Shown here piece after piece: positions 25,147 through 37,900 of a stretch of 64,000 bases of DNA (its first letter is position 1; each line of letters opens with the position of its first letter). The stretch lies in contig CT868679.1 in assembly GCA_000165425.1 (NCBI GenBank), forward strand, positions 248,001 to 312,000, given 5' to 3'. Under the pieces are notes generated by a model that was not told the DNA's origin, made no database searches, and saw only the letters and a list, made by a program, of their open reading frames with translations. The translations under genes and the position numbers were made by a program. The stretch comes from Paramecium tetraurelia. Taxonomy: Eukaryota.

Positions 25147-27042
25147 TCAAACCCAATTTCTTAAAATCAGCTATCTTCTACTTTACATTTCTGGCATTAA
25201 TCTTGTTTTATGATACTATGATATTCTTAAGATGAATGCCAATCAATCCATTTTAATATAACTAGAATAACGTATCGATGCTTTTATCAGTTAATGAGTT
25301 CTGCGATAAATTTACACTCTGAATATTATCATTCTATGACAAAGCTATTTTAAATAAATCAATAAATGTATAAATACCCTTAAATAATTGCAAGAGTTGA
25401 TCATCCAACAATTTGGATTTCATGATTTTCACACTTTTGACCTTCCAATGTTTAATTTCATTCCCCAGAATTGCCAACATATCTTTTTCTAGATTATTGA
25501 ATTCTGCCACATCTGTCTTCCCCTTCCTTAATTCATCCATGTACAATTGTAATTTCATTGGCACTTAAGATTTCTTTCTGCAAATCGAAGCTCTATTGCT
25601 TTCCTACTATTGTTAATTGATAATTTACAATTGGTGATAAAGAAGGATCACAATTTTCAGTGTTCAATTGATTTGTTGGAGTGGCACTCCTGTAAACCCT
25701 TTTGATTTGATTAACAGGCTCTGCTTCATTTGCAAATGTGGCACTTACATCATTTAATAAATCAGTTTCTTCGATGGATTATTGCATAGTAAATGAACTC
25801 AGTAGATAGGGTGATTATTGAGATTAATTATTATTATTGCTGGTGATCAACTCAGGACCTTCAATTATTTTACAAAAGTCTTCCAATTTTAAAGCATTCC
25901 AATTAAATTTAACATTAATTTCTAAACCAATCAGTTAATCCCTTTTGGCTATAATTTATTACTGGTTTTTCTTGATTTCTCTTATTTAATTAATGAATAC
26001 TCTTACTATTAGAGTTGAAGTCCATTGGCTCTCAAACTATCGGTTAGATTGAGTAATTCCCAATATTTAACCTATTCTGTGAATTACTCAAAAGCACTTT
26101 ATGCTAATTTGATCCAAGATTGGCATTCCTTCTCTATATGGATAGTATTGTTCCACCAATCACTAAACTTATTGATATTATTGGATGTAGCAATCATTAT
26201 TTGAGACACTAACTAACATTAGAACAGTATATACTTACAATCTTTTCTTTTTAATCTATTTTATCTCTCAACTCCCCGAATTCCTTCTTCAACTTATCGA
26301 CGGCAATTCGTTGCATTTCTGATACTTAGGCTTACAGATCCGATTCATGTTTGGTTCTGGAAATGGACTGGGATTCTTTATGAATTCTTTCAACCATCTC
26401 TGTAAGTTCCTAGGCCTTCATCTCCAGAAGTGAAATGATATCCTCTTCGCTATAGATGTAATGACCCTTGTGAGTTCCAAAGAGAGCACAATTTGTACAA
26501 ATCATAGTTTGGCATTGGAGACAAACAACTTCGAGTTGTCTGCGATGGGTTTGACACAATTTCCCAGAATTATAAGAGTAATTTAGAGAGCCAAAACTAT
26601 CGTCTTGATCTCGGAATCGTTTTAAATTCAATTTCTAGGGTTTCTTAACAGAAGTAGCCAAGTCATCCAAGAAGTTACTGTCGATACTTGTTTCATCTGA
26701 TGGCCATTCTTCAAAGGTTTGATTACTCATTTTCGATTCTAAGTTTATTGGTCGTAGATTCTTAGGTTTTTATAATTACAGAATTCGCAACAGGCTCTGA
26801 TTGAGAGGGAAGTCATCTAGTTTCAATTAGTTTTATTTGATTTGTTACAACTAATGTAAAAGGCAAAACACTACTTAGGACAAATCATGTTATAAATGTA
26901 TAATCCTATCAGCCTCAATGGTTTGGTCAACTATTTGTTAAACACACAATTAGCAAATAGTATCTCCAGTATTTGGAATCAAGCGAGGCCATCTTACACA
27001 GATGTCTAAGTCTTGGCCGCAAAATGAACATAAGAGTTCCAT
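25147..27042 (-). CDS. TRIM-like protein: degenerate RING, B-box 2, coiled coil and a C-terminal LRR-like region
   Basis: B-box LCQTHRRQLEVVCLQCQTMICTNCALFGTHKGH. N-terminus MELLCSFC..PRLIPNTGDTICQLC. C-terminal IQSVNLSQNSLTDKSI is LRR-like. Confidence 0.82.
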
Positions 27043-27249
27043 AACGATTTAATTTTAAATTTTATAGAATATTTTTAATTATTTTATTTCTCTCTTATAA
27101 TCTCCTTTGTAGTTTTGTTATCTGCAGTACCCAATATCCCTGTATATCTGTATATCTATATATCTGTTTAAGCAAATGGCTCCTGCCATCATATTATTCG
27201 GATTGATATATTTTATTTTTATGATGAAGAATATAAATTTTATTTTCTA

Positions 27250-29636
27250 ATGTAAGACAATCGAGTTAGATACATGTACAACTTTCCTTATATTCAAGAA
27301 ATTCTGCGTATTCTGATGGTAGAAAGGACCTTTCTAAAAACATGGACGTTGTGTGTTTTGCAATGGCTGTTGAATTGGACAGAATGATACAAGAAAACAA
27401 TTTGCTGAAGGAGGAAGTCAAGGAAGTCTCTAATCTTAGAGTGGATCGACTCAATTATGAGAAGCAAATTGGAGACTTGATGAATAAGATACAATAGCTA
27501 CTAGCTGAAAATGACATGCTAAAACGGGATAATGACAAATTGAAGACACTCCTAAATCAAGCTAATTCAAGGATTCAATAGCTGGAGGGACAAGTTCAAG
27601 ACTTCCAATAGGAAATACAGACAGTGTCCAATAAGCTGGAAGACATTACTGGGGGAGATGGTGGTAAATCAAATAGTATGATTTCTTATTTTAGATTTTG
27701 ACATTGAAGCATTAAAATAGAAGGCAGAGTTGTTGGATAGCTTAGCTAAAGATGGACAATCAATGGAGGATCTATCTGACTTGTTGGATTCACTTAGAGA
27801 AAAAGCAGAAAAATATGATCATCATTTAGAACTATTAAATGGAAGAGATCTTGAAGATATTTTAAGTGATCTCGATGAATTAGAAAAGCTGAGGAAATTG
27901 GTTAAAGATCTTTAAGCCAAATTGAGTGATATGTAGAAGGAATTAGATGCATTGAAGAAAAAGTCAAAGGAATTAGATGACATGAAGAAGAAATTGGGAG
28001 ATGACCCCAATAAGGAGGTTGACAAATTGAGAAAACAATAAAAGGATTAAGAAGATCTCAAGAAGAAACTGGCTGACGCTTTGAAAGAAATCGAATAATT
28101 AAAGAAATTATTGAATGATAAAACTGCTGAATGCAATAGGTTAGGTTAATAGGTTGCTCAACTCACTTAAGATAATTAGGCTAAAGATCAAAGAATCTAG
28201 GAATTGGAGAGATATGCACAACAATACCAGGAATTGCAAATTAGAGTCAATAAGTTGGAGTAGGAATTAGATAATTTGTAACGACAATTGAAGGATAAAA
28301 ATCAATAATTAGAAGATAAAACTAGATTGATTGATAATTTAAATAGAGAGATCTAATAGTTGAAGGCTGAGTTATAAAGATTAAAGGATTAGATTGCCAA
28401 TTTGGAGAGAGAAAAATAACAATTATTGCAGCAGTTGCAATAGTTGCAAAATCAACTTGCATAATTGTAAGACTTATAAAGAAATTCTTAAGCATAATTA
28501 CAATAATTAAATTCCATTGCTAATCAAAATGATGATGATAAGGAGAGATATGAACAAGAAATAGATGAATTGAAAAATGAAATTGAATCACTCAAAGAAG
28601 AAATTGAAGAATTGAATGATTAGATAGCAAAATTAAAGAGAAAGATATCAGAATAGGATGATTAGATTGATTCATAAACTAAAACTATATCTAATAAGAT
28701 TGCAAGAATCAAAGAATTAGAAGATCTATTGAATCAAAAAGAAAAAGCAATCAAAGAACAAGAAATTAAAATTAAGAAATAACCTGGTTCAAGTGTTGTT
28801 TCTGGTGGCAGAGGAGGACAATCAGGATAACCAGGATAAGGTGGTTCTGATGTTAACAACAAATCTTTGGCTAATTAATTATAAGGGGGAACTGGATAAC
28901 CAGGCAGTTATGGATCTAAAAGTGGTCTTGGATAAGGGGATGAATCTTAAAGCACTGTGCTTTTGAGTCAATATTAAGATGTTTTATTGGCTTATTTGTT
29001 GATTGCAGCAGAGAATGAAAGAATTAGTGAGGCTCTAAAAAACACAATTCAAGATTATGAACACGTATTAGTTGACTTAAGAAATGCTGAAGGAGAGATC
29101 TCTTATTTAAAGAAATCTATCTCAGATTTGCAAGCTTCAATTAATGATGTAAGTAATTCTTTGATATTTAGCTTCGATTGCAATTGGATGAGGCAAGAAG
29201 AAAGGCTATGAGCAATGATGAATTAGAAAAATTAAGAAGGTAATTGATAGACTATGAAAACAAAATAGCCTTGTTGTCAATGGAATTGTAGAGACAGAAG
29301 AATGTCTCTGCTTCAGGAATATAAGTGATGTCCTAACAATTGTCTTAATAAAATACATTTGGATATGAGGACAAATAGATCAATTTAGATTAATAATAAT
29401 TCAGGTCACAGAAAGGATCATAACGAAATTTGAATATCAATGGTGATGATGAATCTTGGAGATTACAGAAAATCATTGAAGATTAATTATGTTTGATAGT
29501 CCTTATGTCAGCTGAACTCGAAACCTTAAGATCATAGGAGTAATCTAATCAAAAATTGAGTTAATCAGGAATTCAAAGATCAACGGTTTAAACTAGTTAG
29601 GTTTAGGTGGGCTACGGAAAAAGCACATTATATTGA
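27250..29636 (+). CDS. Long coiled-coil, probably cytoskeletal/cortical, protein
   Basis: MQDNRVRY|INSAYSDGRKDLSKNMD (intron 27276-27298). Extended heptads and a G/Q/S-rich linker at about 28780-28950. TGA at 29634-29636. Confidence 0.82.
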
Positions 29637-29695
29637 ATAATCATATAGTAAAACATCAATAAATTATAATTGATATTCAATATATATATATACTA

Positions 29696-30816
29696 TCATT
29701 TCTTTGAAGATTAATATAAGCTTTGGGATGATTATCTTTGATAAAAGGGGTAGAGCCTGTCAGTATTAGATAGACTATTAAATTGATTATTGGGTTCTTC
29801 CTGTTTTTTGTTGTAATCCATGTAATGGTATTTTGGCAGTTATTGTGATTTGTCCTCTTTCATAAAGGAGTAATCAAGCAGAGATTTGTATTATACATGT
29901 TCCGTTTTTAATCTCTCTTAATTGTAATTGTAGGGAGAGGCCTTCTCTTGCAATTGCTTGGGTTATTTCTGAATCTCCAAATGAGATAAATACATGTGCT
30001 AAGGAGCAACCTTCTTATAATCTAATTGAGTCTATTAAACCTATTGTTATTGTTTCTATTATTGCAATTGTGATCTATCCAAAATCTGCTATTTTTATAG
30101 CTAGACTGCTGATTTCTCGATGTAGTCGTTTAGATCTTAATTGTAGGAAACTAATAGTGGAATAAATAGATTTATTACCTTTTGGTTTAACTTCTTTAAA
30201 TTCCAGATTTTATTGGATGTAATTTCTAATAGATTTTAGTTCTGGAGATGCATCTTCTTAACATGCCTTTCTCAGTTTGTCTAGGGCGTCTGACAAATTC
30301 AAGATTTCTTTGCAAATCAGAGAAAACTTTTAAAATTGAGCGGCCTCCATTTTTTATAATTATCCTTAAATGTCGCTGATGTCCAATTCCTTGACTAGAG
30401 AGTCGATGGTCGATGAATTATAGTATTTTTTAGATATGTTTGTAATGTGTTCGACGGTCCTATTGAATGGGTTGTAATGCTTCTTGACTTTGTCCTTCAA
30501 TTCTGTGCATCTCTTCTTCAGTGTTTACATTATGTCTGTTTAAGCTATTTGCATTAGTTGGTCAAGAGTGTTGTTTATACCTTCCGCATTCTGCACGTCT
30601 TGGATTCTTTAAACCAGAGAGTCACTATCATAAAGAGACACATAATCACTTTGTAATCATGGTTTCGAATTCGTTAATTTAAAGAACTTTGGAATCGTGA
30701 CGCTTATGATCCCAAGCACAGGATTTGCAAATCAGTCTCCGATCAGTGCATTCCTTTAGAGTACAAACGAATTCTATGGGGTTTCTGTATTTGCAAACGC
30801 ATAATCGATGATTCAT
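29696..30816 (-). CDS. Hypothetical protein with an N-terminal B-box-like Cys/His finger
   Basis: MNHRLCVCKYRNPIEFVCTLKECTDRRLICKSCAWDHKRH. Two tiny introns restore the frame. TGA at 29696-29698. Confidence 0.75.
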
Positions 30817-30822
30817 TAATAT

Positions 30823-31356
30823 ATGAAAAAGAAATAAGTCAAATCAAAATCCCCAACGCCTGTTAAATAACATACTGCAATCGACACTCCAAGATTCAAG
30901 GAAAAGGCTTCGTAACTGTCTCAAATACCTCAATCCCCCAAAATCCAATTAGACTCAGAGTACTTTTCTTTTGGTGGAATGGAGCAACACAAAAAGCAAT
31001 CTAAATCTGTCCATGAATTCAACGACAAAGATAAGAAACTCAATAATAGCTTTACCAAGGATAAAAAAGTTACAGACACTAAGCCTTAAAAAGTTTAGAT
31101 CTTTAATAACAACTACCAAATAATTAACATCAATCAAATTGAGAAAAAGGAATCAATTCGTTCCTTACAGAGATAATTTCAATAGATTTTGGAGAACCAA
31201 GTACCTAAAAAGTCAGCTACTCCTGTGAAAACTAATCCATCTAGTAGTCCTATATAAAGTACAGCAACCAAAGCTCCCGCCTTCCCTTCAGCCAATAATT
31301 ACTTCTAAAGAATCAAAAAATCAGGTTAATCCACTTTGTTAAGGAAAAAGTTTTGA
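30823..31356 (+). CDS. Hypothetical basic, Ser/Pro-rich protein
   Basis: Intronless code-6 ORF, MKKKQVKSKSPTPVK..LLRKKF-TGA. Confidence 0.68.
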
Positions 31357-31371
31357 TTAATAAATATATAT

Positions 31372-31794
31372 ATGAATTAAACGAGCCTCTCTCCCAAAGT
31401 ACACAACATTAAATTCGATCAATATTCTTTAAATATGAAAAGTGTCTCTCGATGTAAAACTGAATTGGGTATAGTTCATTAAAAACCAATGATCAACTTA
31501 AAACAAATTCTTAAGGATCACAAATCATTTAGTAATCACACCCAAATTGAAACAGCTCGAACATACATGGTGGCAACAGATTCATAAAAAAGATTCCTAA
31601 TTCAAAAACGAGGATCTCGAGTTGCAGCATCAAAACCAAGATATTCTGAAGACTTAGAGAAAATAAAATAAAAATTTATTAAAGTAGCCGAAAGCTGGCA
31701 TCAAAAAGAAGAAAATTATCTCAAAGAACAAACTCTTCTGAAGTAAGAAATTGCGAGATTGCATGTGATTATTTAGCATCTTACAAAAAAATGA
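31372..31794 (+). CDS. Hypothetical protein with a C-terminal coiled coil
   Basis: Intronless ORF, MNQTSLSPKVHN..EIARLHVIIQHLTKK-TGA. Confidence 0.65.
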
Positions 31795-32673
31795 AAATCT
31801 TCCTATTTATTTATAAATTTACTAAACTTCATTTTCAATATCCTATTATTTCTAAAGCTTTTGCTCTTGTGATTAATTCTTTCATACTGTTTAACCACAA
31901 CTACTCAATACTGTAATAATAATTATTGATTAAATTGCAAAACATTTTATTACATTATAGAGATGACCACTTATATCAATAAATATGATCTGTTCTTTGG
32001 ATTCAAAAATGATTGGAAAATTAGTTATTCTACTTTGTTTAAGATTACTTATTTTCTAAAATTAATAAATGTAATTTATACTTTTAATATATTATCTGTG
32101 TATACTTATATTCTTAAAGAATTCTCTAGGCTTTTTAAGTTTGATTATCTTGTTTTAAATATTTAAGCCTTGATCTTTTAATTCTGACAACCCCTCTATG
32201 ATAAAGTGAGAATTTTTTTTAAAGAACATTAACGATATTAGTTACATACCTTAAATTATTCATTTGTAACTATATTTTTGCTACATAACAAAACTAGAAT
32301 TAGTTTAATAATTCTTCATAAATTGAAAATTAAGATAAATCTTCTGAAGCTTTTGAAATACTCTTAATGTAACCTTGCATATAATAAATTAATATGACAT
32401 ATAGAGATACTACTTTTTATATCAAAAAATCTTTATCTACAAAATAATAAATTTAGAATAGAAGGGAGATCATCAGTATTATTCTTTTAAAATTTTGTTT
32501 GATAATGTCGATCATTTTAGATACAAATTCATTTAATCAATAGTTGAAGACAATCTTGGATATAGACAAACTTAATTGGTATTTGAAGTGACTCATAATG
32601 TCAGCCATTATTCTTATGATTATTATGAGATGTTATATTATTTGAGTATAATCAATTTAAATTTTATTTTTTT

Positions 32674-34557
32674 ATGGATAAATTTGAGAAGCGCCTAAAC
32701 CAAGTAAGTATGGGAACACCCAAAAATCCGGTTATTCAATAATCCACTCTTAAATAAACTGATGCAGCAAAGAGCTACGCTTCTTTTAATGATTTTAATA
32801 AAATAGGAGATTAATATGATAATGAAGCTGTTAATTTGAGATCGCAAGTATAAATATTAGAGGGGAAGCTATAATTTTACGAACGAGAATTTTAAATCAA
32901 AGTAATGATAATATTGTTACAAATTTAAGTAAGCATCTCTTGAGAAGCGAATACAATAATTGATATCCACTTCATCATAGTTAACTCAATAGAATACGCA
33001 ATTAAAGTTGCAATACTCAGCCTTATTGAATGAGTATCAGCTTCTTTAAGAGAAATTGGTATAATAGGAGAAAGGGCAGAAGGAATACGAAGAGAAAGTG
33101 AGATCATAACTTGACGGTTTGAATAAATTCTAAATGGAAAAAGAACAATTAATATAGTATGCAAATAAATGTCGAGAAAGATCAAAATAAAGGAAAATCA
33201 AAGTCAAAGACTTGACAGCTAAAGTATAAGATCTACAAGAATAAGCCAAATAATATGAATTATAATTTGAATAAGCCAACATTGAAAAACAATAGATTTA
33301 CGATTAATTGCAACAACAAATCTTATTGCTTTCAGAATAGAATGAAGATTGGCAACTAAAATATGAAGCAATTGTTGAAAATTTCAAGCATCATCTGGCA
33401 GATTAAAATGATAGCCAATAAGAAGAACAATTATTAGCTACTCATACCATATTGGATCAGCATGAAGCCTAGACAGTTTAGCAACAATTGGAGAATCTGA
33501 GTTTAATAAATAAGGAACTAAACCAATTATTGAGTCAATTGAAAAATGCCAATTAAATCAACTCTTCAGCATTTGAAATGCCTCAAATAAAAGAATTAGC
33601 AGAGATGTTTAATAGAATGATAGATAAATTAATGGAATTATAATAGAAAAAGACTTAGCTTAAGGAATAACTTAAAGTATAAATATATAAATAAGATTTT
33701 ATTAGTAAAATTAATTCCATTTATAGCAGTAGGTTTCAATAAAATCTAGTTCTGGGAATTAGAGTCCGAACATGCATGATGAGAGAACTAAAATGCTCTT
33801 CGAATAAAGAATCCTTGAATTAGAGCAGTATGAATGATTTAATACTAGATTCTATTAGAGAGACAAGAAGCAAGAAAAGGTTCGATCCATTACTCAACCA
33901 AAATATAATGATCAAAAACTAAAATAAGTTATTTCAGTTATCTCCTAAATGCTGGAAGAATTTCTAATTTAACAAAGAACCCTATCTCTTTTAAATCTTT
34001 AATTGAATGATATGCAATAAGATCTCAGAATCCAGCCAAACAGAAAATTGTTCAAAGTTGTGACTTGGGTCATTATTACAATAACTCGTATTAAGAAAAT
34101 CAAGAATTCTTCATATTATCAATAGTTTGTCTAATACAACAAATTAAGAATTGAAATGCCTATTTTTGATTCATTTAATCAAATCCTGGAACTTGTTACA
34201 AGTCAACAATCTTTAATTGACACATTGTAAAGAGCTGTTGATCAAAAAGGATCTGACGGGGCACTATAAGAATAAGAAATATAGTAGATGGTTGATTAAG
34301 AATTGAGAGAATAACTAATGGCTTTGTAGATTGAACTTGACAATAATAATAAGAAGATGATTGAATATAAATTGAAATCAGAATAAGATATTGAAGAAAG
34401 AGATTAGCATATTCTTGAGTTGCAGGAATAGCTTTAAGAACTCCCTAACGATTACAATTAAGAATTGCTGGAACAATTGGAGGATCAAAATAATAGAGTT
34501 AAGAATATTGAAAATGAATTTAATGTTTTGCAGGATTTGATCAATTCGTTAATGTGA
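32674..34557 (+). CDS. Coiled-coil protein of unknown function
   Basis: MDKFEKRLNQVSMGTP.. Q/E/K/L-rich, with an intron near 32902-32929. Ends LINSLM-TGA. Confidence 0.78.
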
Positions 34558-34905
34558 TTATTGTTATATCAATATTATTCTATTTGGATTTCACCCAAAG
34601 AATAAAGTCCATCTTATATTATATTAAATAACTTATAATTTAAGAGAATCTATAATAGAATATTAGAATAGAATGGTTTTATTATCATAATTATTTGTAT
34701 AAGGATGATAACTAAATAGGTAAACTGAAATTTTATTTTATTTAAATTTGATATATAATGTTATCTGCTTCATATATTATCATGAACATTCTCTATCAAG
34801 AACAAGAGATCTTTCTTATCAAACAAAGTTAATATATTTATAGGTTCAAGAAATCATAGAAAAAAGGAAGCTATATTTTTGATTAATTTTATATTTTAAA
34901 AAGTA

Positions 34906-37900
34906 ATGAGTAATGAAGAGTATATAATTGATAACTTAATCAACGAAGCTAGATTCTTTATTGATCACAGAGATGATAACGAGACCTTTCTGAGTCAAAG
35001 TTAGGATTCTATAGATAAAATCAACCAGATCCTAAAGAAAAATATCAGGTATGCATATCAATAATATTCAGATCATCATTTCTAGATATTTCATAAGAGG
35101 TGATCATCAAATATTGTGAGGCTTGTTTGATTGTGCCAGACAAGGCTCATATCGCACAATAATACATAGATTTGTATTTCCAAAGGAACACATCATAAGG
35201 GCAGTTTTACATCCGCGCATTATTTATAAAAGCTCGTCTCATATCAATGAATGGACATGACCGTCTACTAAAGGCAGAAGACATGATAAAGAATCTAAAA
35301 CTCTCTCTCACATATGTGCAATAAGGATTGGATATCATTTCCAAACCTGAGAATAAATAGAAATATGGTTTTCTCATTTACAATGCTTCTATTTGTGTTT
35401 ATAACATTATTCGTCCTATGCTAAAACCCTAATGGCAATTATCATTTGTGGATATTCTGGATAAAATAGATAAAATGTTTGAAGAAGTGGATGAAGCCGA
35501 TTATGACTGGAGATGTCGTTTTACATGGCTTCTTTTCTATTGTTTGTACGATGATAGGAAGGCTGATGCATTTAAATTACTGGATCGTTTGTGGGAAACC
35601 ACAAAAAAGAAAGGAGATTGCGATTTCTAAAACTCATTGTTAAGATTGAGAATTCACATTGGCAAAGAATATAAGCAAGCCTTGGATTCTGCCTTCAAAG
35701 AATCAGAGTCTGCTCCATCAGAAAAGGCTTGGAAATCCTTATTTATGCTATAGAAAATGAGAAGTGGATTAATCCCTGAAGCCTAAGTAGAAAAGGAGTT
35801 GATCAATTTAATTAATTCAATTTCGAGTGCAGTGCTACCTGGCAATGAAGTGGCAGCAACCAACAAACTAGCACCAGTGTTTTAGGAAAGATTAGCAGAA
35901 TCTGGAAGGGTGGCACTTCAGTATAACTTAGTCAACATAGCAGATTCAATTACAGCATTTTTAAGTAGAGTGAGACAATTGCATTAGAAGGCATACATTT
36001 TACATGAATACAACAAGGCTGAATTGTTTATCAAGAAGGCTGGTCCACTTATCGACAATAAAACAGGAATGAGATTGAATTCTCTTTAAATAAAGATGTA
36101 AGAAGTCGAAAGAAGAATTGAGGCTTTGAAAACAATGGAAAAAGTGATGGTCACAAATAAGAAATTAAACGACCCTGACTTAATATTTGAAGGTGCTGTT
36201 TTAATATGGAATATTTCCCTACCATTTTTGAATGCTCAATATAGAGTTCATGTCTACAAGGCTTTTTCCATGGCTTGCTAATTGTTAGAACAACTCCAAT
36301 GTGTTGACCATGCTTTAAGAGTGAATTTCCATATAGAATTAGCCAAAAGTGACTTACAAGAAGATTTAGCTGTTAAAGCAGAGTAACACATAAAGAAAGC
36401 CTTGTAACTTGATTACAGTGTGCCATTGGGGAAAGTGCAATTTAAATATGATGAAGGAGAGGATTTGGGATTGTATTAAAGACCATATGATAAATATTTA
36501 CGTAATTTAGAGGAGAAGATTAGACTGAAGTTAAATATTTATCAGGAACCAAAAAATGATATTGAAAGAGTGATTACTCAGTTAGAGAATGTGTAAGCAG
36601 CCAAGTCTGAAAATCTCAGGATTGATATCTTATAAAAGTGCTTAGGAACCATTGTTAATTTGTAGGAATAAGAATATTGGTATGATACAAAATTAGACCT
36701 TGTAGAGGAAGAGTAAAACAGAGAAAAAGTATTAAAGAAGCAAGAAAATTTATATCAATTTAAATAGAAGAAATTATTAGCAGCTGAAATTGCAAGACTA
36801 GCATTTGAATGGGAATTTAATGATTTAGCATTTAAAGCGTGTGAATTTGTATGCAATGACACGTGGGATGTTAAGAATGCTTCAGAGATGATTTTGGCTT
36901 AAGTAGAATGTTAATATAGAATGGCCTAAATGATAATTGATAATTTGATTAAGGATAATTTTGAAATTCCTTTTGCTGATCCAATTAGAGTAGAAGAAAA
37001 TGAGAATGTGGAAGAGTTAAGTTAAGAAAAGAAGGATCAAGTGTTGTCATTAAAAAGAAAGATGTGTTCTAATTTTGTCAAAGGATTGAAGTTGGCAGAT
37101 TCAATTAAATAAACTTGGTTAGTATTTAATGGGGCCATATACATTTGGAATAACTTCTTAACAATTTTCCGTAATCCTATTAACGATAGTAAGTTATTGC
37201 CAGAAATCACCAATTTATTGAAAGAATTTTTTGAAATTATGAAGAATTCTTTGAAGGAAATTGAAAAAAAATTGATAAATGATTATGATATCGATACTAA
37301 AATATAGGTATTGGCTAATATTGGATTGGTTTATGCAAGGTTGATGGAAGGCAAGGCTCAATATGATGAAGTTATGAGAGTATGTGAGGCACTTTTACTA
37401 ACACCATTATCTCCTCACACTCGTAAATTGATCAATTCAATCAAAGCAAGAGTGTCAGGTACTGCTAAAACTAGTGCAGCTAAGCCAGGAGCATAATAAG
37501 ATAAGAAGGGAACTAAATAACCATAGTAATCATCCTCTGATAGTGTCATCTTTGATGTTGTTTCGTAATTGGAAATTATTTAAAATTCAACCAATAAAGC
37601 ACAAACTTAGGATTTGATTAAAAAATGCTTTGAAACTCTTGTAGGATGGACAGCAAAAGAGAATGATGAGACTGAACTAGAGTTGCATGCTGAATTGTGG
37701 GCAAGATTAGCCAGATTGTCATTAAATGAAGAGACCATATTAATGTACAAGTATTCATTGAGATGTGTTCAATATTCATTACAATTATTGACATCGGATT
37801 TATCCACTATTCCAGCATCAAGGTTAAGGTGGTATTCATTGGCTGAATACATATATAGTGAGAATTTATTAAGAATGCTTAACACAGAAACACAAGAGAC

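Noticed and set aside
27138..27168. Short (tgtatatc)-like tandem repeat in a divergent intergenic region
   Set aside because: Only about three degenerate copies of low-complexity sequence, with no evidence of function.
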